A DNA stretch of 64,000 nucleotides from Oculina patagonica (taxonomy: Eukaryota). Of the stretch, positions 34,173 to 46,400 are shown one piece after another; position 1 is the stretch's first letter, and each line of letters starts with the position of its first letter. The stretch is taken from NCBI RefSeq assembly GCF_052425735.1, contig NC_135765.1, forward strand, positions 1,240,001 through 1,304,000, in the 5' to 3' direction. Below the pieces are notes generated by a model, which worked only from the letters and a program-made list of their open reading frames with translations, did no database searches and was not told where the DNA came from. A program made the translations under genes and the position numbers.

Positions 34173-37100
34173 ATGGTTTGGACAAAGGACGAGGTCGATA
34201 AATACGTGGTACAAGTGGAACGGAACTGCGCCAACGCGCACGAGGTGTGCTCATTCATTTTCGTGCATTTTGCCTCTCGGCTCGATTTTGAAAGATTTAC
34301 AATTTCCTTTACGTATCTTACAGCGAAACCTGAAGGGATTTGCCTTTGCAAGACTTTACAAGGAAGCATCGGACAATGAGAGCGCTAAACGGTTAGTTAT
34401 CATGGTTGTCTTTGTGCCGTTGATACTTCCTGTTTTCTGACTCGACAAATTTTGACAGAAGCTAATTAACGAAAAACGCTCATGATTCCCTTTACACAAT
34501 AATTGGTGATTGAATTTTGTTGTGTGTGTGTTGAATCTCGTTTTCTCTTTGAGATGCTTGTTGCTAACTTTTCACTGGGGCAGACAAGGTACATGTATGC
34601 GTTCACATAAAAGGTGCATGCAAAGCATGTTTTTCTATGATCTGTAACTAAGATAATTCTTCTAAGATATCATTTACTTTGCCCAACAGATACCTGGAAG
34701 CTTACATCAGTGAAAGTGAAGGGGATTTTAGGTAAGTGAGAATGGTTGACAAAAAATCGGCTGTCAGTTAATATTATTTGTATTTTGGGTATGTTGTCAA
34801 GTAAATTAACCTGCATGTACACCCTTCCAGTCTGAATCTCAGAATAGTAATTCTTCTTTTGATTGCTGTGCATTTAGTGTACATCAAAAATTATCACCTT
34901 GTCAATATTTTTCTTTATTCCCTACATTTGACTATATATTGGAATGAATTTATAAACATTATTTTACCTATTATTTCAGAGGTCATTGTCTTATGGGGCA
35001 GTTATATGAAGGAATGGGACAGTTGGAAAAGGCTGTTGCCTCATATAGAAGGTATATATTTACTTTTATACCATGCCATAGAAAATACAGTGAATCAGAA
35101 TTTCAACTCAACCTTCTCATCATGCGCTGCAATCTTATTCTTGACGAAATTTAGTAAGCATATTTTCTATGGCATGGTATAAAATAGTTACACAACACTT
35201 TCTCGTAGTTTACTATGAAATATCCCACTTGTCACTTGTATTTTCTCAGTATACACACGAGCCTTAAAACTAGCAATGGTATATTGCAAATCCTCCACTT
35301 TAACAGATCACTCCCCTATCATCCTGACAATCCAGTCCCAAGATTATGTTCGAAGAGGTCCAGGTTTCTGGAAAATTAACAATTCTCTTCTAAAAGACAA
35401 CAACTTCATTGAACAACTTTCAGACAAAATTCCTCAATTCAAAGACAAGTATAGTTATCTTTCTGACAAAGGCCTTGCTTGAGACATGATAAAAATGGAA
35501 ATAAGGGGTTTCTGCGTTCAGTACTCTAAAAGAAAAAACAGAGAACGCAGAAACATTGAAAAAGAGCTCTCGAGTCGTATCGAGCGTTTAATGAAAATCT
35601 TAGAAACCAACAGATCGAAAGAAAATATCACAGAACTTTATCGACTTCGATCAGAATTAAACAAAATTGCCAAGTATAGAACTAATGGTGCTATTATCAG
35701 AAGCAGAATTCGATGGCATGAGCATAGCGAAAAAAATACGAAATATTTCCTCAATTTAGAAAAAAGGCAACACTCCAATTCCTTTATTGCAAAACTTAAA
35801 ACACATAATGATCAAGAAATAACAGAAGCCGATGAAATCTTAAAATGCCAAAAGCATTTCTATAAGGACCTTTACACCGCCGTACCAACCGATAATTCGA
35901 ATGATAAGACTTTCTTCGATGATCCAAATCTTATTCGTCTAAGTGACGCTAAAATCGATCTTGAAAAACCCCTAACGAAAGAAGAATGCTTTAAAACTCT
36001 AAAAGAGTGCGCAAAGAACAAATGCCCAGGAGGCGACGGCCTTTCGGTAGAATTTTATTTACACTTCTGGCCTCTATTAGGAGATGAAATGGTTGCAAGT
36101 TTCGATTATGCTTTCATGCACGGAAAGCTAAATATAACCCAGAAACAAGACATTATTAAAGTAGTGCCAAAGAAACGAAAAAACAGACTCTACTTAGAAA
36201 ATTGGAGACCGATATCCCTTCTCAATATTGATTATAAAATAGCAACCAAAGTCATAGCTAGCAGACTATCTAAAGTTCTCCCAAAAATCATAAATGATGA
36301 TCAAACCGGGTATATTCAAGGCCGATATATCGGACAAAACATCAGATTCATACAAGATATAATGAAAGTAACATCCCTTGAAAACATTCCCGGCCTCGCT
36401 ATTTTCATCGATTTCAAAAAAGTCTTTGACTCGCTCGATTGGAATTTCTTAAACAAAACCTTGCGGTCGTTTAACTTTGGACCTAACATTCAGAAGTGGG
36501 TTAAAACCTTCTACACCGATATCTCCAGTTGTGTCATCAATAACGGCTACGCGTCGGAATTTTTCCATCTTCAAAGAGGCGTAAGACAGGGATGCCTGCT
36601 ATCTGGTATCCTCTTTGTCCTCTGCGCTGAAATCTTAGGCAATGCTATCAGAAATAATCAATACATCAAAGGCATAAAAATTTATGACAAGGAATTAAAA
36701 TTTCGCAATATGCTGATGACACGACTGCCTTCGTTTCTGACATAACTTCAGCTGAAAAGCTGTTCGAGATACTGAACGCCTTTCAGTGTTCTTCAGGACT
36801 AGAGGTAAAAAAAACTAAACCCGAAGGAATGTGGCTAGGTGCTCTCAGACATAACTCTGAAGCTCCCTTAGATATTGCTTGGCCTTCAAAACCGATAAAT
36901 TCCCTTGGAATTGACTTTACCCACAACGAGGAAGTCTCTTACAAGAAAAACTTTGAACAAAAATTAGGTTCAATGAAAAGCATACTCAACATATGGCTTC
37001 CAAGAAACCTCACCTTGTATGGCCGAATAACTATCCTCAAAACCCTCGGACTATCCAAACTCATCTAGAACACATCAATGCTGTCTTTTCCGCCAAACTT

Positions 37101-39450
37101 CCCAGCCTTAGTAAAGCAAACCATTTCCGATTTTGTTTGGAACAGTAAACCTGCTAAAATCAAGTACACGACAATGATTGGACCAAAGTCAAAAGGTGGT
37201 TTAGATTTACCGGACTTTGATACCATAAACAAAGCATTGAAAGTCTCCTGGATACGAAGATTACATGAAAGCAAAAATAACGCATGCTGGAGTCACATAC
37301 CGTTATCGTTCATTAAGCACTTAGGAGGACCTTTTCTATTTGAATGCAACTACAGTCGAAGCTCTCGTAAGCGGACACCCTCGGGACGTGAAAAAAGTGT
37401 CCGTAACTGGAGCTGGCCGCTTACAAGAATGGTTCTCGTAAGCGGCCACTAAAGGTGTAGGGGATATATGGCCGCTTATGGGAGCTTGCCCAGCTAACAA
37501 TAACTGGACGGACGTGGATGACGACAAAACAAACACTAAAATATGGTACTGCAGTTACTGTTAAATCATTGTGACGAACGGCGATGTGAAGTTGATTGAT
37601 AAAAACAAGATACAAAGGTTGTTAAAAGGATTTTCTTTGGGATGTCCGCTTACGGGAGCTTAAAAACAAAGAAAAAGTCTAAGTCGTGATCTCAGAAAGT
37701 GTCCGCGGCCGCTTACGGGAATGTCCGTTTACGAGAATGTAAAAATACAGAGTTTGTATGGGAGCGTAAAACGGGATTTCAAACAAGGTGGCCGTAAGTA
37801 GAGCTGTCCGCTTACGAAAGTGTCCGTTAAGAGAGCTTCGACTGTATAACTTAAAATCTCTTAAAATAGATATTCCTATCACCTTTTATAAGGACGTCCT
37901 TTACATCTGGCAGACTATTAACCAACATACTCCAAAAACCAAAGAACAAATACTTAATGAAATCATATGGAACAACTCTTTTATCAAAATTGAAGGCTTC
38001 TCTGTGTACTATAGAAAATGGCGCGAATCGGAGGTCGTCCGAATCAAAGATATCTTCTGTGGAAACAACTTCTTGACATTTAATGAATTCTACACTAAAT
38101 TCCAAATCAAAACAACATTTCTCAAGTACTATGGCTTATGTAATACCATACCCCCAGCTGGATCCGCTTACTAAAAGGTTCCACTAACGAGGAGCAGTGC
38201 GCTTCACACCATAACCAGAAAATAGACATCGATAAATTGTCATGCAAAGTGGCTACTAACATTCTTATAAACAAAAAGTTTGAAACCCCGACCGCAGAAA
38301 GAAGAATGAAGCAATTGGGTCTGGGCGATGACACAATATGCGCTATCTACAACATTCCTTTTAAAGTAACTAAAGACACTCGACTTTCTATCTTCCAATT
38401 CAAAATCATTCACCATATTTTACCAACCAATTCAACCCTTTACAGAGATAAAATCAAGGATCATGATAAATGCCACCTATGCGCGCAAACACAAACCCTA
38501 AAACATCTTTTTGTCTCTTGTCCGAATGTACAGACTTTCTGGAATACTTTTGTTACGTGGTGGAACGTCAAAAATGATGATTCCATTGAGCTACACAAGA
38601 AAAACATTATCTATGGTTTTACAATTAACTTTCCTTTACGACTTGGTTTAAACCTCTGTTTACTCACTGCTAAATATTATATCTACACTGCCTCAAGAGA
38701 CGAACAACACTTCTACTTCGAAACCTTCCTAACCTTTCTAAAAGATAAACTTTTAATCGAAAAAAGTAATTCAAAATCTCAAATTCAAATCTAAAATCTC
38801 TATTCAGCTGAAATTCTGTAAGGCACTTTATATTCTTTTCTTTTTTTTTCTCGCTTTCTTTTTAGTGCAATCAGTCTTTGTAGTCGCCTTGAACTCATTT
38901 ATTTACTTTTTTTTTTCCTTTTTGCTACTTTTCGTCTTAAATGTATGTATAGCTTCTTTATCATCAAACTAAGCAAGCATTATATATAAGCATTGTTAAC
39001 GAGTATCGTAACTATAATTATTTTATATTATCTGTATTGTTTTTTAAGTTCAGTTCTGTGAGTAACAACATTGTATGTAGCCGTCTTTTTCTTTTCCTTT
39101 TTTGTTTTTGTTTTGTCTGCAATAAACTATTTAAAAAAAAAAAAAAATATTGCAATTCCTGAGTTCCGCCGGCTACTTGATTATATGTCATCAGTTACTC
39201 TGGTCATAGCAATCATCTCTTGACACATTGTCACTCTTCCAGTTGCTGACGTCTACTTTAAAACATTTTGAAACCCCTAAAACCCCATGTTGTTTCGAAG
39301 GTACTCTGTCTACATATATACTTGAGAAACGGAGTTTAATATATCTTTGTAACTAGCATCCTGTTTGAGCTATATCAGTAATTACTGTTGCTGATTTTTT
39401 TTTCAGGTCCTTGGAATTAAACAACACTCAAAAAGAATTGGTTTTGAAAG
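34173..39450 (+). CDS. RANBP2: Duplicate of RANBP2 exons 1-5 (truncated copy or alternative 5' cassette)
   Basis: Exons 34173-34244, 34324-34391, 34690-34731, 34980-35051, 39407-39450 encode the same 99 aa as 55045-57471. No copy of exon 6 seen before gene B. Confidence 0.8.
35295..39146 (+). mobile_element. 5'-truncated, degenerate Tx1/L1-like LINE
   Basis: End of AP endonuclease (TDHSPI, GPGFWKINNSLL), RT motifs (NWRPISLLNIDYKI, RGVRQGC, QYADD across a frameshift), C-terminal Cys/His motif, poly(A) tail, near-perfect 14-bp TSD ATATTGCAAWTCCT (35281-35294 and 39147-39160); several stops and frameshifts. Confidence 0.93.
37353..37844. mobile_element. Pogo/Tigger-type MITE nested in the LINE
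   Basis: TA-CAGTCGAAGCTCTC ... GAGAGCTTCGACTG-TA; LINE reading frame resumes after it. Confidence 0.92.
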
Positions 39451-41351
39451 GTTGGATTACTCATAATTATATATAATGGTCATGGATTTCTTTTTATTGT
39501 TACAATATTACACATTTGTCAAGAGTGTTTTCCATTATATTTATCAGTAGAGAAAGGATCAAATTTCTTTAAGGTTCTCCCTACTTAGTTTCTACAGGAG
39601 TGCACGAATATCTTGGAACTCTAGTCTTGTTTATTGAGAAAAAGTTATTTGAATTTTTATTGTACTTTTCTTTTATTAAAGGTCATACTAGTGGGCTGTG
39701 ATTGGCGGATTTCGATCCGTCTTGTTTGTGTAGCACATCGAAATAAAGATGAGCGGGTATCGTTAGCGATTTTATGGTATGCACAAGCTCGAAAAATTCG
39801 TCCACTTAGAAACCAAAATAATTTTAAGAATCGCTTTGCATTTCTAAACAAACATCGAATATTCTTATTGGGTTATTAAAGTAAATAGAGATATTCATCC
39901 ATTCATTCATTTGTGAGGTTTTCTGTTTCAATATTGCTCACTTCCGGGCTGAGCCAAAATTTTTCTAAGTGTCGAGAACATAGCGATTTTATGGTATACC
40001 GAAGTTCGGATATTTCGTCAACTAGAAAACCAAAATAATTTTTTGAATCGCTTGACATTTCTAAACAAACATCTGATACTCTCAAGAAGTTTCAGTGGAT
40101 ATTCTATGAAAATTTTGCACATTGTGAGGAGAAGGCTCGGCTACCAAATCAAGCCTGGTTTCCAAGCTCCCCAAGAAAGTGATCCCAAAAAAATTTTTGC
40201 GGTCGCGGGAGCCTCTGCCAGATGTCACACCCAATATGGCCGCCATCCGGGGGTGGTAACCTTTGTATTAGTGTTCCTCACCGGGGGTGCTGTATATGTT
40301 ACTACCATATGTCAGTAAATTGACTGCTAATATCATGTCTAGAATCGGTTCTGAAGTTAATTACGCGACAAACAGAGTCAACAAGAACGCATTCAGATGC
40401 CGGCGTGGAAATGTGGAAAAGTTTTATTTTGCACAAAGATTGTAGTTTTATTAAATCTGTTTTGTTGTGTGGCGAACAACAAATTCATCAAGCAAAGGAT
40501 TCGATTTGGAAACTTCTGGCAGCTGAAACTTCTATAAACGGATTTATTCTTTCCTGAAAGAGAAGAGAACAAGTAGGTTTGTTTTGAAGAATGTTAAATT
40601 CAGATACGTATAAACAGACTCTCAGGTGGGCATTCGATTGCGAAGTTTCAACATCAATTCTTTGCCGTACGAACTAATTAAACCAATCGTAATATAAGCT
40701 TAAATTCTGTTTCTTCGTAAACAGCTCCTTAAACTTGTGTAGAAACTATGCACACACTCATCTCACTCGCATTTTTCTGTACGAAATAATGCTTGCTTTG
40801 TCGTTGTTGTGTTACTCGATCAAACGATCAAAGACATTAAACTGCTAAATATTTAAAGCGAACTGCAACATGTCGGAAATTTAATAAACACGAAAGGCAC
40901 GAAATACAAGAAATACAAGAAGTATATTTACCATCAACAGATATCTCCTCGAGTGGGAAGTCAAGCTATTTGAAGTTTTTCCCAACTCACGCTTGACCTC
41001 CATAGAACAACAAACTTCCCACACGACTCCCCACAAGTTTCTGGGGGGACTTCGGATACAAAGATTTTTGCTTTTCTTCAGAAAAAATGAAAACTTTTCG
41101 GAGAAATAACGGTCCCTACTTGAAGTAACAAACTTTCCGCTGATTTATGCCAAGTTTCAAGCTGTCAAAGTCGGCGAGGGCTTAGAAATTCATCAATGTA
41201 CCAGAAAACGATAAGGATGTGCGAGAAAACGACAAACTTCTGGCAGAGGTTCGCCGCGAAGTGGATCTCGATATCGAGTGCGCCTGCACTCACCTTGCCC
41301 AGCGGATTTTTACAACGACCGCCCCATCGAGAACCTCTGCGGAGGAGAGAG

Positions 41352-41765
41352 TACACGGACACGGTTATCAATCAACACGGTTTCATGACCTCGAAACCGC
41401 ATCGAAAATGACACGGTTTCGAAGTGTTTACACGGAACCTATTAAACCATTTTCCGACTGTTTTCGAATGTGATTGTATAAGCAAGCGCTGCTCTCTATG
41501 CGTGTTTCACCATGTTTACCCTTCGTGAGCCAGCCAATTCGTGCCAAAATACGTTGCCGTTTTCAAATCGATGCGGTTTCGTCGTTTTTGACCGTTTACA
41601 CGTCCAACGAAACCGTATCGTTTTGAAAACGCTCCACTTTTGACAGCGTTTTCAAAACGACCCGGTTTCAGTAGTGGTCTCGATCGGCGCCGTGTAAACG
41701 AAAGGCGTAACCGCATCGAAAGCGATACGGTTACAAATGAAACCGTGTCCGTGTAAACAGTGCCT
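41352..41765. mobile_element. Degenerate Harbinger-like MITE (related fragment at 31482-31725)
   Basis: Inverted TACACGGACACGGT / ACCGTGTCCGTGTA ends and GAAAACG/CGTTTTC subrepeats. Confidence 0.5.
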
Positions 41766-41862
41766 CATGCGTGAAGTCAAACGTCGACTTCACGGTCTCG
41801 AAATTTTGAGTTTGCTCAAGGAAATGTACGAAAAACCGAACACGCTTACCAGCTAATTTGAC
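41764..41862 (+). promoter_or_regulatory. Third, orphan copy of the RANBP2 upstream block
   Basis: CTCATGCGTGAAGTCAAACGTCGACTTCACGGTCTCGAAATTTTGAG..CAAGGAAATGTACGAAAAACCGAAC matches 34017-34130 and 54888-55000; no exon 1 follows. Confidence 0.7.
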
Positions 41863-42060
41863 CACAACTCTTTTATACTGATGAGTGGGGAATGGGAGGG
41901 GAAATACCACGACTCCAAATTGATCCACTGTTATCAGAACCACAAGCAAGCTTTGAAGCTCTTTCGAATAAATTAAAATTGCATACACAAGGTCTTATTA
42001 AAATACTGGAAGTACTTGCGCAATACTGTTCCACGAGGCGGCCTAAAGGGTCTTTTGGTC

Positions 42061-42336
42061 CCCGGGGGAGGGGGGAGGGGTACTCAGGTATGTTTTGGCT
42101 GGGTATGTGCCGCCCGTTTTAGAAAAAAATACCCTGTTCTAGAAACAGGTCAATTTTTAGCACCCCGTTTTGGTTGCTGATAACTTGAAACTTTTGTGCG
42201 TTTGAAATATCATACCCCTTTTTAGGAATCGTATCTAAAATTGATACCCCGTTCTAGATCGGGAGCCCAAAATCACGACCATTGGGCGGCACATACCCGT
42301 ATAAGCACTTTGGGGGGAGTACCCCATCCCCCCGGT
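42061..42336. mobile_element. MITE with CCCGGGGG..GTACTC ends
   Basis: Ends resemble the 12444 element; imperfect 8-bp TSD TTTTGGTC/TTTTGATC. Confidence 0.7.
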
Positions 42337-43443
42337 TTTTGATCCTCCGAGGTTGTTCATTTTGCTGCCGTCAAGGCCAGTTCCATTTTCCTTGACAAGA
42401 AAGGGGAGACAGCGAAATGCCGGCGCGGTTCGGGCCTCTGCTGGGTTCAGATGATCGGTCTGTCAAAGAGTTTGCTCGTCCAGAATCGGACTGCATAGTC
42501 ACCAGCGAACTCATGCCGTCTAATTTGATTTAACTTTTTAATTTAATTTAATTTTAACGTCCAAGTCGACATCTTACTCGTTACGAAGGATTGCCACCAC
42601 CATTATGACTTTATGTGGAAGGCTTTTGCTTTACCGCAAAGGTCAAATTCATCTCAAGCTAAGTCGACAAAAAAATGGGCAGAAAATTCTCACGAATTTT
42701 CACGCTGGCGAGTCATATATTTACCAGTATTTAGTAGTATATATTTACCAGTATTTACAGTGTTTACAGTAGTCATTCATGTTGCAATTGAGAATACTTC
42801 ACGCTGGACTGATATTTACACAGAAAAGTGGAAGTATCTTCAGAAATGACGTACGCGCATGGATTTTAGCCCGTACGGCCGAACAATTAAAGACAGAAAG
42901 CTTACGTTAAATTTCGGGAACATGATAAACCGGCTAGTAACAGAATGGATAAAGAAATGAGACCAAAATGTTTTACGATGTGGACCAAACCAGCAAGTTC
43001 AAGAACTAATTTATAATATTGCCTCCCCCTGCACTTCCCGGCAAACCTGCGATGCGATATTAAAGCCGTTTGTTGAACTTTTAAGGCCCCTAAGAACTTG
43101 AACCGCACTGTCGACCAAACATAACTAAAATTGTTTTCACTTAATAAGGTAAAGTTCACTTCTCTATCACTTGTCCTTCTGTTCTTCTCTCCTGGGGCCT
43201 CCATGCCAGGTTTGCTTGTGTTAAGTTCTATACCATTTCTTAACGCATCGTTTATATCTGTTCACAGGGACCTAGCAAAAAGAGACTTAGGCTTGACCTT
43301 CGTTTGCATACTAAACTATCATACCATCTCAGAAATGTTGTTTAAGTCCGTGCCAACGCCTATCATGCACGTCGTCTTGGCGAGATAGATGCGCATCCCG
43401 AGTCGAGCAAAGATCCATGTATCTGTAATCTAACCTCTCAACT

Positions 43444-46400
43444 TCACTTTGCTTTCATGTTTGGATTTCCACAAGCCGCACACTCAACCTTATCACTGTC
43501 GTTTCTCACCATACATATGTCACACCCCCAGGATCCATCTGATGAAGAAACAAAAGCGAAAAGCGGTTGTCCGTCATATTCACTTGTTCCAGCCAATCCA
43601 AATGTAAACCCTGAAGCGGTAGATTGTGTAGCCGATCCAAATGAATTCCCTGAAGCGGTTGATGGTGTAATCGAGCCAAATGTAAATCCTGAACCAGCAG
43701 ATGCTGTAGCTGATGCAAATGAAAACCCTAAACTAGTAGATGGTGTAGTCGATCCAAATGTAAACCCTGAAGCAGTAGATGGTGTAGTCGATCCAAATAA
43801 CATTGAAGTAGTAGACGGTGCAGCTGATCCAAATAAGCCTGAAGAAGTACATGGTGCAGTCGATCCAAATAAAGAGCTTGAACCAGTTGAACAAAAGCCT
43901 GAAGTTGTAGATGGTGCAGCTGATCCAAATAAACCTGAAGTTGTAGATGGTGCAGCCGATCCAAATAAGCCTGAAGTTGTAGATGGTGCAGCTGATCCAA
44001 ATAAGCCTGAAGTTGTAGATGGTGCAGTCGATCCAAATACGCCTGAAGACGTAGATGGTGCAGCTGATCCAAATAAACCTGAAGTTGTAGATGGTGCAGC
44101 TGATCCAAATAAACCTGAAGTTGTAGATGGTGCAGTCGATCCAAATACGCCTGAAGTTGTAGATGGTGCAGCTGATCCAAATAAACCTGAAGTTGTAGAT
44201 GGTGCAGTCAATCCAAATACGCCTGAAGTTGTAGATGGTGCAGCTGATCCAAATAAGCCTGAAGTTGTAGATGGTGCAGCTGATCCAAATAAACCTGAAG
44301 TTGTAGATGGTGCAGTCGATCCAAATACGCCTGAAGTTGTAGATGGTGCAGCTGATCCAAATAAACCTGAAGTTGTAGATGGTGCAGTCGATCCAAATAC
44401 GCCTGAAGTTGTAGATGGTGCAGCTGATCCAAATAAACCTGAAGTAGTAGATGGTGCAGTCGATCCAAATACGCCTGAAGTTGTAGATGGTGCAGCTGAT
44501 CCAAATAAACCTGAAGTTGTAGATGGTGCAGTCGATCCAAATACGCCTGAAGTTGTAGATGGTGCAGCTGATCCAAATAAACCTGAAGTAGTAGATGGTG
44601 CAGTCGATCCAAATACGCCTGAAGTTGTAGATGGTGCAGCTGATCCAAATAAACCTGAAGTTGCAGATGGTGCAGTCGATCCAAATACGCCTGAAGTTGT
44701 AGATGGTGCAGCTGATCCAAATAAGCCTGAAGTTGTAGATGGTGCAGCTGATCCAAATAAGCCTGAAGTTGTAGATGGTGCAGCTGATCCAAATAAACCT
44801 GAAGTTGTAGATGGTGCAGTCGATCCAAATACGCCTGAAGTTGTAGATGGTGCAGCTGATCCAAATAAGCCTGAAGTTGTAGATGGTGCAGCTGATCCAA
44901 ATAAGCCTGAAGTTGTAGATGGTGCAGCTGATCCAAATAAACCTGAAGTTGTAGATAGTGCAGTCGATCCAAATACGCCTGAAGTTGTAGATGGTGCAGC
45001 TGATCCAAATAAGCCTGAAGTTGTAGATGGTGCAGCTGATCCAAATAAGCCTGAAGTTGTAGATGGTGCAGCTGATCCAAATAAACCTGAAGTTGTAGAT
45101 GGTGCAGTCGATCCAAATACGCCTGAAGTTGTAGATGGTGCAGTCGATCCAAATACGCCTGAAGTAAGTGTAAACTCTGGACCGGTAGATGGTGCAGCCG
45201 ATCCAAGTGTAAACTCTGGACCAGTAGATGGTGCAGCCGATCCATGTGTAAACTCTGGACCAGTAGATGGTGTAGCCGATCCAAGTGTAAACTCTGGACC
45301 AGTAGATGGTGTAGCCGATCCATATGTAAACCCTGGACCAGTAGATGGTGCAGCCGATCCAAGTGTAAACTCTGGACCAGTAGATGGTGCAGCCGATCCA
45401 AGTGTAAACTCTGGACCAGAAGATGGTGTAGCCGATCCAAGTGTAAACTCTGGACCAGTAGATGGTGCAGCCGATCCAAGTGTAAACTCTGGACCAGTAG
45501 ATGGTGCAGCCGATCCAAGTGTAAACCCTGGACCGGTAGATGGTGTAGCCGATCCAAGTGTAAACTCTGGACCAGTAGATGGTGCAGCCGATCTAAGTGT
45601 AAACCCTGGACCAGTAGATGGTGTAGCCGATCCATATGTAAACTCTGTATCAGCAGCTAGTGTAGCCGATCCAAATGCAAACCCTGAACCAGTAGATTCT
45701 GTAGACGATCCAAATGTAAACCCTGAAGCAGTTGATGGTGTAGCCGATCCGAATGTAAACCCTAAACCAGTAGATGGTGCAGCCGATCCGAATGTAAACC
45801 CTGAAGCAGTAGGTGGTGTAGACGATCCAAATGTAAACCCTGAAGCAGTAGATGTTGTAGTCGAGTCAAATGTAAACCCTGGAGCAGTTGATGGTGTAGC
45901 CGATCCGAATGTAAACCCTAAACCATTAGATGGTGTAGAAGATGCACGTCTTGACCCTGAACCGGTAGATAGTGTAACCGATCCAAATGCTAATCCTGAA
46001 CTAGTAGATGGTGTAGTCGATCCAAATGTAAACCCTGAACCAGTAGATGGTGTAGCCGATCCAAGTCTTGACCCTGAACCAGTAGATGGTGCAGCCGATC
46101 CAAGTCTTGACCCTGACCCAGTAGATGGTGCAGCCGATCCAAGTCTTAGCCCTGAACCAGTAGATGGTGCAGCCGATCCAAGTCTTGACCCTGAACCAGT
46201 AGATGGAGTAGCCGATCCAAGTCTTAGCCCTGAACCAGTAGATGGTGCAGCCGATCCAAGTCTTGACCCTAAACCAGTAGATGGAGTAGCCGATCCAAGT
46301 CCTAACCCTGAACCAGTAGATGGAGTAGCCGATCCAAGTCTTGACCTTGAACCAGTAGATGGTGCCGCCGATCCAAGTCTTGATCCTGAACCAGTAGATC

